A DNA stretch of 62,256 bases, counting the filler, from Chiloscyllium plagiosum (taxonomy: Eukaryota), in NCBI RefSeq assembly GCF_004010195.1. It is 3 parts of one record of this genome, joined end to end, with 100 filler letters (N's around TTAATTAATTAA, not from the genome) between each part and the next. Parts side by side here need not be neighbours in the genome. Positions count along the whole stretch, not along the records: positions 24,843 to 46,996 come from NC_057714.1; positions 47,097 to 62,256 come from NC_057714.1; 1 more part is not named here. One strand, written 5' to 3'. Shown here one piece after another: positions 38,790 through 49,529 of the stretch. The position numbers were made by a program, and so were the translations under genes. The notes beneath the pieces were generated by a model. That model was not told the DNA's origin, made no database searches, and worked only from the letters and a program-made list of their open reading frames with translations. Position 1 is the first letter of the stretch, and each line of letters starts with the position of its first letter.

Positions 38790-39200
38790 ACTCCTGACTT
38801 GTGGCTTGCAGATAATGGACAAACTTTGGGAAGAGTCAGTGTTCTTCACTGCCAGACCCCTAGCCTCCAAGCTACTGTTGTAGCCACAATTTTTATATGG
38901 CTAGTTCAGCTCAGTTTCTGGTCAATGGTAGCCCCCAGGCAGTTGATAATGGGGATTCACAGATAATAACACCATTGAATGCGAAGGGGAGATGGTAAAG
39001 TTCTCACCTATTGGAGATAGTCATTGCCTAGCACCACCGCTGCAAATATTATTTGCCACTTGTCTGCCTAAACCTGGATATTGTTGTGTCTCACTGCACT
39101 TGGATATGGACTGCTTCAGCATCTGGGAATTGTGAATCATGCTGAATACTGCAATTATCGGTGATCATCTCTACGTCTAACCTCACAACGGAGGGAAGTT
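38790..39200 (-). mobile_element. CR1/L2-clade LINE fragment
   Basis: gctcagtttctggtcaatggtagccccc...ggactgcttcagcatctg, shared with 14500-14700 and 50150-50365. Confidence 0.7.
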
Positions 39201-39366
39201 CTGTTGCAAAACAGTTGCAAGCATACTACGACTGATTTGGCTAAATATAGTAATGACAGGGATTACTGAGTCCAAAGTAAAAACAACTGATTCACCGAAT
39301 GAAATACTGGCTATCAATTGCAAAATAACAAAGGAATGAAACCCAACATTAATATACAATTCCTAC

Positions 39367-39444
39367 CTGTCGCATCATTGCCTTAAAGGCCAAGTATCGG
39401 AGTCTCAGTGTCAGTATCTCTCCAGATTTGCCAAATGTGAAACC
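39367..39444 (-). CDS. ABCB1: ABCB1/ABCB4-type exon (78 bp; exon 19 equivalent)
   Basis: Minus strand: acceptor tttttAG, donor [35 protein letters not shown] (recalled human GFTFGKAGEILTKRLRYMVFRSMLRQ). Confidence 0.93.
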
Positions 39445-40400
39445 CTAAAAAAAGGCATAAAGAGTGGTATGAAGAAATGGAACTATATTTCAAAGGAATA
39501 TCACAGCCATCCAAGTCATTTTTGCAAATGAGTTAACGTAGATTTTATTGAATAAACATTCCATACAAAATTAGCGGACTGTGTATCGTCGTTTTAGAAA
39601 TTTGGATTGAATAACATAGAACTTCCCTTTGTTAAAGTTCAGGAACACACGCCTTGTGCTTTCTCCTTGTGCTATTTTTACAGAGGCAGAGGCATTGTCC
39701 TAAATAAGTTTGAACTACAAACAATAAATGTAGTAAGGAAAGGAACCTATCATAACCATGTTAACCATGCCTGGAAATGTTGAATTGATTCCTGAATTCA
39801 ATTGAACAAAACTCCAAGAAATTACCCAGAAGTGGCCTGAGTCCCTCTGTAAACACCAAACCTTTACTAAGTAGGTGTTACTGGGCAGTGTTGTGGAGGT
39901 GCCGGTTTTGGATTGGGGTGGACAAAGTTAAAAATCGCACAACACCAGGTTCGTGTCGAACAGGTTTATTTAGAAGTACATCAGGAATGAAGCTATTCAG
40001 GTCTGCTTTGATTCCTTTCTTTGCTCAATGACAGAGTGAACGATGAGGCGCCCATCACAAATTTGATTGAAAATAATCAATATAGGTTTTTCATACAGCA
40101 AAGCACAACAGAACCTTGGCAAGCAGAAACATAGACGAGTACAAGCCAATAACATCACTATGCCATCAACTCCTCATATTGGGCCCATTTTCAGGACCCT
40201 ACTGCTTCAGGAACCCAAGCAAAAGCAAAAGCAGCGGTTCACTCGGTGCTTCTTGCCTGTGTGTGTTTTTTCTTGATAGCAAATGGATAAGACATGAATT
40301 TTGCTTCTGAAGTGTAGAATTCTATTTGCACCTTGGTTTGAATCCTATAATCCAGTTCCATCCAGTATTCTATTTATTCACAGATTTCATTAAACCCTAC

Positions 40401-40505
40401 CTGTAGAAAAAATGTGATGAAGGAGATACCTCCAAGTGCTAGGAATAACAGCGAAAAAAGTGTACTCTGCTGGCGAATATGGTTTTTGTCTGTATTAGCG
40501 AAAAC
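40401..40505 (-). CDS. ABCB1: ABCB1/ABCB4-type P-glycoprotein exon (105 bp; TM8; equivalent to classical human ABCB1 exon 18)
   Basis: Minus strand: acceptor ctacAG, donor CAG|GTAGGG; VFANTDKNHIRQQSTLFSLLFLALGGISFITFFLQ. ABCB1 versus ABCB4 orthology cannot be resolved from these exons alone. Confidence 0.9.
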
Positions 40506-41206
40506 CTGTAGCAGGTAAAATAAATAATGTAAATGGGATTATTGCATAACAACAAATTCAGTAAATGTAGACATTCACTACTGTTGTGAAAATAAACAAC
40601 TCTTAACTTTGTATGAAGTTGCATTTTGGTTTTAGATAACAGAATAATTCTTCAGCAGGCTGCTTGCAAATCCAATATGGGTTACACACTTTGTAGAAAC
40701 AAAGTGCACTGACTTCAATTGAGGTACAACCCGATTTGTTTCTGTAAAAGCTGATGGAACTAAATGTCTGTCCAGGTAGCAAGTCCCCTCATTCACTGGA
40801 CTAAGAATTCTTTCTTTTTGGGACTGTTATCCCAAGGATCAATTCAGCAACAGCCTGACATTGTATGTAAGCTATAATTGCATGAGCATAACTAAATCAT
40901 CAACACCGCTGGGTATGCTGTGTCCCACAGACCCAATCCTTCACCCTGGGAAAAAGCTTGTCCCTATCCACCCTGCCTATACCCTTCATGATTTTGTAAA
41001 CCTCAATCAGGTCCCCCCTCAATCTTCTTTTTTCTAGTGAAAATAAACCCAACCTACTCAACCTCTCTTCACAGCTAGCACCTTCCATACCAGGCAACAT
41101 CCTCGTAAAAGGTAAAAGCAATAACTGCTGATGCTGGAAACCAGATTCTGGAATAGAGTGGTGCTGGAAAAGCACAGCAGTTCAGGCAGCATCCGAGGAG
41201 CAGGAA

Positions 41207-41242
41207 AATCAACGTTTCGGGCAAAAGCCTTTCATCAGGAAT
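41207..41242 (-). ncRNA. Minimal hammerhead motif (PLE family A)
   Basis: Minus strand attc-CTGATGA-AAGGC-TTTT-GCCC-GAAA-CGTT-gatt. Confidence 0.6.
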
Positions 41243-41375
41243 AGAGGCAGAGTGCCTGAAGAGTGGAGAGATAAATGAGACAAGGGTGTGGGTGGGGAGA
41301 AAGTAGCATAGAGTACAATAGGTGAGGGGGGTGGGGATGAAGGTGATAGGTCAGGGAGGAGGGTGGGGGAAGGTA

Positions 41376-41486
41376 NNNNNNNNNNNNNNNNNNNNNNNNN
41401 NNNNNNNNNNNNNNNNNNNNNNNNNNNNNNNNNNNNNNNNNNNNNNNNNNNNNNNNNNNNNNNNNNNNNNNNNNNNNNNNNNNNNN
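41376..41486. other. Assembly gap (111 N)
   Basis: N run inside the PLE. Confidence 1.
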
Positions 41487-42883
41487 AGGCGTCCAGTCTC
41501 CCCAATGTAGAGGAGACCACATCGGGAGCAACGGATACAATAATGATATTAGTGGATGTGCAGGTAAAACTTTGATGGATGTGGAAGGCTCCTTTAGGGC
41601 CTTGGATGGAGGTGAGGGAGGAGGTGTGGGTACAGGTTTTGCAATTCCTGCGGTGGCAGGGGAAGGTGCCAGGATGGGAGGGTGGGTTGTTGGGAGGCGT
41701 AGACCTGACCAGGTAGTCACGGAGGAAACGGTCTTTGCGGAAGGCGGAAAGGGGTGGGGAGGTAAATATATCCCTGGTGGTGGGGACTTGACACCGACAC
41801 TTTTTACAAACCCACGACTCCCACAGCTACCTGGATTACACCTCTTCCCACCCTACCTCCTGAAAAAATGCTATCTCTTATTCCCAATTCCTCCACCTCC
41901 GCCGTATCTGCTCCCAGGAGGACCAGTTCCACCACAGAACACACCAGATGGCCTCCTTCTTTAGAGACCGCAATTTCCCTTCCCATGTGGTTAAAGATGC
42001 CCTCCAATGCATCTCGTCCACATCCCGCACCTCCGCCCTCAGACCCCACCCCTCCAACCATAACAAGGACAGAACGCCCCGGTGCTCACCTTCCACCCGA
42101 CCAACCTTCGTATAAACCAAATCATTCGCCGACATTTACGCCACTTCCAAACAGACCCCACCACCAGGGATATATTTCCCTCCCCACCCCTTCCCGCCTT
42201 CCGCAAAGACCGTTCCCTCTGTGACTACCTGGTCAGGTCCACGCCCCCCAACAACCCATCCTCCTGTCCTGGCACTTTCCCCTGCCACCGCAAGAATTGC
42301 CAAAACCTGCGCCCACACTTACTCCCTCACCTCCATCCAAGGCCCCAAAGGAGCCTTCCACATCCAAAGTCATTTATTGTATCCATTGCTCCCGATGCGG
42401 TCTCCTCTACATTGGGGAGACTGGACGCCTCCTAGCAGAGCGCTTTAAGGAACATCTCCGGGACACCTGCACCAATCAACCACACCACCCTGTGGCCCAA
42501 CATTTCAACTCCCCCTCCCACTCAGCCAAGGACATGGAGGTCCTGGGCCTCCTTCACCCCCGCTCCCTCACCACCCAACGCCTGGAGGAAGAACGCCTCA
42601 TCTTCTACCTCGGAACACTTCAACCCCAGGGCATCAATGTGGACTTCACCAGTTTCCTCATTTCCCCTTCCTCCACCTCACCCCAGTTCCAAACTTCCAG
42701 CTCAGCACTGTCCCCATGACTTGTCCTACCTGCCTATCTTCCTTTCCACCTATCCACTCCATCCTCCTCCCTGACCTATCATCTTCATCCCCAACCTCAC
42801 TCACCTATTGTACTCTATGCTACTTTCTCCCTACCCCCACCCTCCTCTCATTTATCTCTCCACCCTTCAGGCTCTCTGCCTGT

Positions 42884-42919
42884 ATTCCTGATGAAGGGCT
42901 TTTGCCCGAAATGTTGATT
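42884..42919 (+). ncRNA. Minimal hammerhead motif (PLE family A)
   Basis: attc-CTGATGA(42888-42894)-AGGGC-TTTT-GCCC-GAAA(42908-42911)-TGTT-gatt. Confidence 0.6.
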
Positions 42920-45900
42920 TTCCTGCTCCTCGGATGCTGCCTGAACTGCTGTGCTTTTCCAGCACCACTCTATTCCAGAATACCCTCGTAAACCTTCTCT
43001 GCACCCTCTCCAAAGCGTCCACATCCTTTTGGTAATGTGGCGACCAGAACTGTACACAGTATTCTAAATGTGTCTGAACCAATGTCTTGTACAATTGTAC
43101 AATTGTACAATTTTAACATGACTTGCCAGCTTTTATACTCAATACCCCATCCAATGAAGGCAAGCATACCAAATGCCTTCTTGACCACTCTATCCACCTG
43201 TGCAGCAACCTTCAGGGTACAATGGACTTTGATGGATGTGGAAGGCTCCTTTGGGGCCTTGGATGGAGGTGAGGGAGGAGGTGTGGGCACAGGTTTTGCA
43301 ATTCCTGCGGTGGCAGGGGAAGGTGCCAGGACGGGAGGGTGGGTTGTTGGGGGGTGTGGACCTGACCAGGTAGTCACGGAGAAAACGGTCTTTGCGGAAG
43401 GCGGAAAGGGGTGGGGAGGTAAATATATCCCTGGTGGTGGGGACTTGACACCGACACTTTTTACAAATCCACGACTCCCACAGCTACCTGGATTACACCT
43501 CTTCCCACCCTACCTCCTGCAAAAATGCTATCTCGTATTCCCAATTCCTCCGCCTCCGCCGTATCTGCTCCCAGGAGGACCAGTTCCACCACAGAACACA
43601 CCAGATGGCCTCCACATCCATCAAATCTCTCTGCTCATCAACTTTTCCCAAGGCTCTTCCATTCATTGTATAATTCGCTCTAGAATTAGACTTGCCCAAA
43701 TGCATCATCTCATATTTGTCTGGATTGAAAGCCATCTGCCACTTTTCCACCCAACTCTCCAGTCTATCTATATCCTCCTATATTGTCTGACAGTCCCTTG
43801 TGCTTTCTGCTACTCCACCAATCTTCGTGTCATTTGCAAACTTGCTGATCATACCAACAGTGCCCTCTTCTAGATCATTTATGTATATCACAAACAACAG
43901 TGGACCCAATACTGACCCCTGTGGAACACCACTGGTCACCTTTCTCCATATCGAGAAACTCCCTTCAACTACTACTCTCTGTCTCCTGTTGCTCAACCAG
44001 TTCTTTATCCACCTAGCTAACACAAACTGCACATCATGTGATTTCACTTTCTCCATTAGTCTACAATGGGGAAACTTATTGAACACCTTCCTAAAGTCCA
44101 TGTATATGACATCAACCACCCTTCCTTCATCTAATAACTTGGTTACTTCCTTGAAGAACTCTATTAAGTTGATAAAGCATGATCTCCCCCGCACAAAACC
44201 ATGTTGCCTATCACTGATCAGCTCATTCTTTTCTAAATATAAATAGATCCTATCCCTCAGTACCTTCTCCAGCAACTTCCCCACCACTGATGTCAGGCTC
44301 ACTGGTCTGTAGTTACCCAGAATATCCCTACTACCCTTCTTGTACAGGGGGACAACATAAGCTACCCTCCAGTCCTCTGGCACCTCACCTGTATTTAAGG
44401 ATGTCACAAAGATATCTGTCAGGGCCCCAGCTATTTCCTCTCCCGCCTCCCTCAGCATCCTGGGATAGATCTCATCCGTTCCTGGGGATTTGTCCACCTT
44501 AATAACCTCTAGCCTACCCAACACATCTTCCCTATTTATGCCAACGTGATCCAGACTAATCAAACTTCTATCTCTAATCTCAAGATTCGTCATGTTCCTC
44601 TCCTCAGTGAACACTGATGCAAAGTAATCATTCAGAATCTCACCCATTCTCTCAGGTTCGGCACACAGCCTTCCTTCATTATCTTATAGTGGACCCACTT
44701 GCTTCTTATATAAGAATAAAATACTTTGGGATTTTCCTTAATTCTGCTTGCAAAAGCTATTTCATGACCCTTTTCACCCACTTGATTCCTTGTTTAAGAC
44801 TTGTCCGATTCTTCCGATATTCCTCCAGGGCCCGTTCTGTTCTTAGCTGCCTAGACCTTATGTATGCTTCCCTTTTCCTCTAGGCTAGTCGTACAATTTC
44901 TGCTGTCATCCGTGGTTCACAAATCTTGCCCTTCCTATTCTTTGCCTCCAACGGGACATGCCTGTCCTGCACTACGTTGACCTATCGTTGAAAGTCTCCC
45001 ACTTCTCAAATGTGGACTTCCCTTCAAATAGCTGTATCCAATTCACATTTCCCAGCTCCTGCCTAATTTTGATATAATTGGCTTTGGCCCAGTTTAATAC
45101 TCTTCCCTGAGGACCACTCTCTTCTTTATCTATGAGTATTCTAAAACTTACAGAATTGTGGTAGAATTGTGGTCACTGTTCCCAAAGAAATCCCCCACCG
45201 CAACTTCTACCTCTTGTCCTGGCTCGTTCCCCAGTACCAGGTCCAATATGGCCCCTTCCCTCGTCGGACTATTGACATACTGCTCTAGAAAACTCTGCTG
45301 GATGCTTCATACAAATTCTACTCCATCCAGACCTCTTATACTAAGTGTATCCCAGTCAATGTTGGGAAAATTATAATCTCCCATCACCACTGCCCTATTG
45401 CCTCTACATCTATTCATAATCTGTTTACCTATTTGTTCTTCTACGTCATGCTCACTGTTAGGAGGTCTGTAATACATCCCCAACAATGTAACTGCACCCT
45501 TCTTATTTCGCAGCTCCACCCATAATGCCTCACTACCCAAGACCACCATAGTGTCCTCCTTTAGCACAGCAGTGATATCGTCGCTGACCAGCAATGCAAC
45601 TCCACCCCCTCTTTTACTTCCCTCCCTGTCCTGTCTGAAGTGTCTATATCCTGGAACATTGATTTGCCAATCATCATGCCCTTCCTTCAACCAATCATGG
45701 CATACTCCCAGGCACCAATCCAAGCCCTAAGTTCATCAGCCTTACACACTATACTCCTTGCAGTAAAGTAGATGCATTTCAGGCCACCAGTTCTTTTGTG
45801 TTCACCTGCTCTCTGCCTACTCTTCCCTTTATTAATGTTACCTTCATAATTCTTACAGTCTCCAGTCTCCACCTCGCTGCCTACTTGTTTTCTCTTCTGG

Positions 45901-46560
45901 TTCCCAGTCCCCTGCCACATTAGTTTAAAACCTCCCCAACAGCAGTATCAAAAACTCCTCCAAAGACATTGGTTCCGGTCTGGTTCAGATGTAGACCGTC
46001 CCTTTTATAATAGTTCCACCTTCCCCAGAACTGGTCCCAATGTCCAACAAATCTGAACACCTCCCTCCTACACCATCTCTCAAGCCACGTGTTCATCCTG
46101 CCTATTTTTTCATTTCTACGCTGGCTGGCACATGGCACTGGTAGTAATCCCGAGGTCCTCCCCTTTAACTTCTCTCCTAGCTCTCTGAATTATTTTTTAA
46201 GGACCTCATCTCGCTTTCTACTTCTATCATTGGTGCCTCCAAGACAACTGGCTGTTCACCCACCCCTTTTAGCATGCTCTGCAGTCGATTGGTGACATCT
46301 CTGACCCGAGCATCTGGGAGGCAAAATACCATCCGGGAGTTCCGTTTTCAGCCACAGAACCGCCTATCTACTCTCCTCACAATAGAATCCCCTATGACTA
46401 TGGCCCTATGAGTCTTTTCCCTGCCCTTCTGTACAGCAATGCCCACCACAGTGCCATGATCTTGACAACTGCTTCCCTCCCCTGGTGAGCCCTCCCCCAA
46501 CAGTATCCAAAACGGTATACCTGTTTTGGAGGGAGATGACTGCAGGGGACACCTGCACTG

Positions 46561-46996
46561 CAGGAGACAGTTAGAAGCAATGAGGAATTTGCAAAAGCAA
46601 CAGTATATGATGGATGGCAGTTATAGAAAGGGGGGAAGTCTCAGATACAGTCATATAGATGGGTTAACTCCATGAAAAGTAAGAGAGGTAGGCAGTTAGT
46701 GCAGGGTCTTTTGTGGATATACCCATTTCAAACAGGTATGCTGTTTGGGAAAATGTAAGGGGTGATGGATTCTCAGGGGAATGAACACAAATAGCCAAGT
46801 TTCTGGTATTGAGACTGGCTCTAATGCATCGAGGGGTACGTCGGGTTCCAAGAGATCAGTTGTGTTAGGGGATTCTCTAGTCCAAGGTACAGACAGATGT
46901 TTCTGTGGCCAGCAGTGAAAAAGCAGAATGGTGTGTTGCTTCCCTGGTGCCAGGATCAAGGATGTCTCAGAGAGGGTGCAGAATGTTCTCACGGGG
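46561..46996 (+). mobile_element. CR1 ORF1 fragment (same family as 371-3850)
   Basis: QLEAMRNLQKQQYMMDGSYRKG...KRSVVLGDSLVQGTD...MVCCFPGARIKDVSERVQN. Confidence 0.88.
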
Positions 46997-47096
46997 NNNN
47001 NNNNNNNNNNNNNNNNNNNNNNNNNNNNNNNNNNNNNNNNTTAATTAATTAANNNNNNNNNNNNNNNNNNNNNNNNNNNNNNNNNNNNNNNNNNNN
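46997..47096. other. Artificial 100-bp scaffold spacer (44N + TTAATTAATTAA + 44N)
   Basis: Linker at 47041-47052. Confidence 0.95.
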
Positions 47097-47440
47097 GTAG
47101 CCACACACGCAGATAACAAGCAACATGAATTCGACTGGGACCACACTACTTATCATAGGGCAAGCCAGACAGAGAACAGCCAGGGAATTCCTAGAGTCAT
47201 GGCATTCATCCACAAACTCCATCAACAAACACATCGACCTGGACCCAATATACCAACCACTACAGCGGACAGCTGAAACTGACAACTGGAAGCGGCAGGG
47301 ACAGACCACTATAAACACCGGAGGAAACATCAAAGAAGCGCTTCGCAGGAGGCTCCCAAGTACTGATGATGTCGCCAAGCCAGGGGACGAAACGTTTGCA
47401 ACAAAAACTTCCAGCTCGGCGAACAGAACCACAACGGCTG
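47097..47440 (+). mobile_element. Penelope-like element family B (Poseidon-type): GIY-YIG C-terminus and 3' terminus
   Basis: VATHADNKQHEFDWD.. then (frameshift) IIGQARQRTAREFLESWHSSTNSINKHIDLDPIYQPL, typical of the PLE endonuclease end. Confidence 0.85.
47360..47399 (+). ncRNA. Minimal type-I hammerhead ribozyme motif (PLE family B)
   Basis: GTA-CTGATGA(47363-47369)-T-GTC...GAC-GAAA(47389-47392)-CGTT-TGC; stem I GTA/TGC with one G-U pair; palindromic AACGTT in place of stem III. Confidence 0.72.
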
Positions 47441-47539
47441 TGTTACATTTCTGATACCAGTGTTAAAGATGTATCCTCAGATCGAGACAAAAACTTGGAA
47501 TACTTGGAGTGGAGGAAATCAGTTGTCATCATTCACATA

Positions 47540-48200
47540 TGGGAAACGTGAATATATTTTACTTTGATTTCCAGAAATCATTTAGTAAGTTAGCAATGCA
47601 AAGCTTATTGCAGAAAATAAGAGCGCTTGGTGTTGGGGTTATATATTGAGATAGATAGAAGATTAGCCAGCTAACAGGAAACTTTTTCATTTTCTGGTTG
47701 GAAAGATTTAAAGAAGTGGCAATGATCAGTCCCGAGACATCAATTATTTACAATTTCTATAAATACTCAGTGAAGGAATTGAAGGTACAGTTGCTAAATT
47801 TGCTGATGATACAAAGGTATTTACTTGTGAAGAGGACATAAGGAGATTATAAAGAGATAGAGATAGTTAAGTGAGTGGGCAAAGATCTGATAAATGGAAT
47901 AGAAAAGTTGCAAACGGTTAATTTTGGCAGGGAGATTTAAAAAGCATTTTATCTAAATGGAGAGATTTTGCTGAACTTTATAGTGCATGAATTGTGAAAG
48001 ATTAGTCTGCAACCATGAAAGGCATTGAAGAGGCCTCACCTGGAATACCATGCACAATGTTGGTTATCTTATTTAAAGAAAATGCTAGTTCAGCAGAGGT
48101 TTATGATGGTATTTGCTGGAATTTGGCATATTGTCTTGAGGAAAGGTTGGAAAGGCAAGGTTTGTATTCACTATAGTTCAGAAGTGTAAGAGCCAACATG
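47540..48200 (+). mobile_element. Old CR1 RT fragment
   Basis: Decayed tttgatttccagaaatcattt (DFQKAF) and gctaaatttgctgatgatacaaag (AKFADDTK). Confidence 0.75.
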
Positions 48201-49529
48201 ATCGTACAAACCCTGTGCACTTGCGGAAAGGTATAACCAATACTACATTGTTACTGAGGACAGTGCCCTACACAGACTAAGCGGTGGACTAAACCACCTT
48301 AAACGTCGCAAATGAGGAGGCTGTTACTTGTCTTCGGGGATTTGCATTTATTAATTGAATAAATAATCACTATCTGGTAAGGCCATTTTAAACAACTTTC
48401 CAGGAATTTATTCAGACATGTCTGTCATTATGTATAGAAACTTAAAAGAAGTCACCTGACTGTCCATAGCCCCCTTTACTGAAATAGGTCACCTGACAGG
48501 CTAAACATCTCCTTTGACTTCCTTTTAGGATCTAGCACCACTGTCTAGTTTAACAGACATTTGGATTAACTCCTCCAATAACACATATTTGCATGAACTC
48601 TGCACCACAAAAAGCCAGGCAAAAATGCCCACATTTATGTTGGATTGTTAACCTTTAAATTGCTGGAGGTCTGATTGTAAGAATACGTTAAATGGACCTG
48701 CACTGTATAAAATTGTAGAACTCACACTAAACCAGAGTGAACAGTCTGTTAGATCACAATCTGCCCAATCTGCATGTTTCCAGTCCTTTTTTTTATTCAG
48801 TTCATCTATACCATGGAACCCAATTTCAACTAGTTCAGTTTTTTTTTAACAGATTTGGATGTATAAAATTATCATTTGGAAGCATGTTTAACATTTGAGG
48901 CAGGATGAAACATTTTCAGATTACTTGCAAACAAAATGCATGGATATTCTTGTTGTGTGAGGTAAAAACCAGCAGGTGGCAGAGTATCCCTTTTTCTGTG
49001 TATAAAATTTCCCATTCCCTGTCTAAGTTATTAAAGGGTAATTATTGTATTCTACTCTTAAGTGCTAAATCGACTGACTGTCTACAATTGCCAAGTGACA
49101 GAAGCTGGTTCCACTGAGGTCAGAAATGATACTTTATCTGATGCCTTTTTAATGGAAAATGAGGGTGCAGTTACCCACTAGGATGAACCATAGATCTGAT
49201 CACCTCTGAATAAAGTACAGAAGAAATTTACAGTATTGCTTCAATGCACAGAAACATCAGACAGATTAGTGAGGCATTATTCATCAATCTGAACGTGATG
49301 TTTGCAATGGAAAACTGTCATCCATTTGACAAGATACTGCAGTTCTTCCACACTGCCAGATTCCCTAGAGTTGGTGACTTCATTAATGATATCCCTGTAG
49401 ACATACAGGTCTCAACTCTCAAAGTCTTATTATAAATGCACTGCATAGGGTTCTGCTGTACCAGTGAATCTCACTACTGAGGCATCAATCAAGATTTCTT
49501 TATTCTCAGAAAATTCGTGGGGTCTGTCT

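Larger units (their letters stand above)
41110..42983. mobile_element. Penelope-like (Neptune-type) insertion: inverted 3' copy (41110-41785, minus) joined to a forward RT-thumb/GIY-YIG/3' copy (41786-42983, plus); 9-bp TSD
   Basis: Forward part encodes ..TFHPTNLRINQII..PGTFPCHRKNC and VIYCIHCSRCGLLYIGETGRLLAERFKEH..VAQHF..EERLIFYLGTLQPQGIN (GIY-YIG); TSD cctcgtaaa at 41101-41109 and 42984-42992; both ends are the same pLTR sequence in inverted orientation. Confidence 0.92.
40925..46560 (-). mobile_element. Large CR1 LINE (ORF1 SGNH, APE, RT, C-terminus), decayed and interrupted by a PLE and a templated insertion
   Basis: 45920..46138 (WNYYKRDGLHLNQTG), 45687..45920 (YFTARSI), 45307..45723 (KRGGGVAL, YYRPP, GDYNFP), 43778..44647 289 aa ([35 protein letters not shown] in place of FADD), 40900..41175 ([12 protein letters not shown]). 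Confidence 0.95.

Noticed and set aside
43037..43873. 278-aa ORF as a novel chimeric protein
   Set aside because: Antisense or off-frame read-through across CR1 and PLE fragments; no domain in this frame.
43778..44647. Active CR1 reverse transcriptase
   Set aside because: The catalytic FADD reads FAND, flanking frames are broken, and the element is interrupted by insertions.
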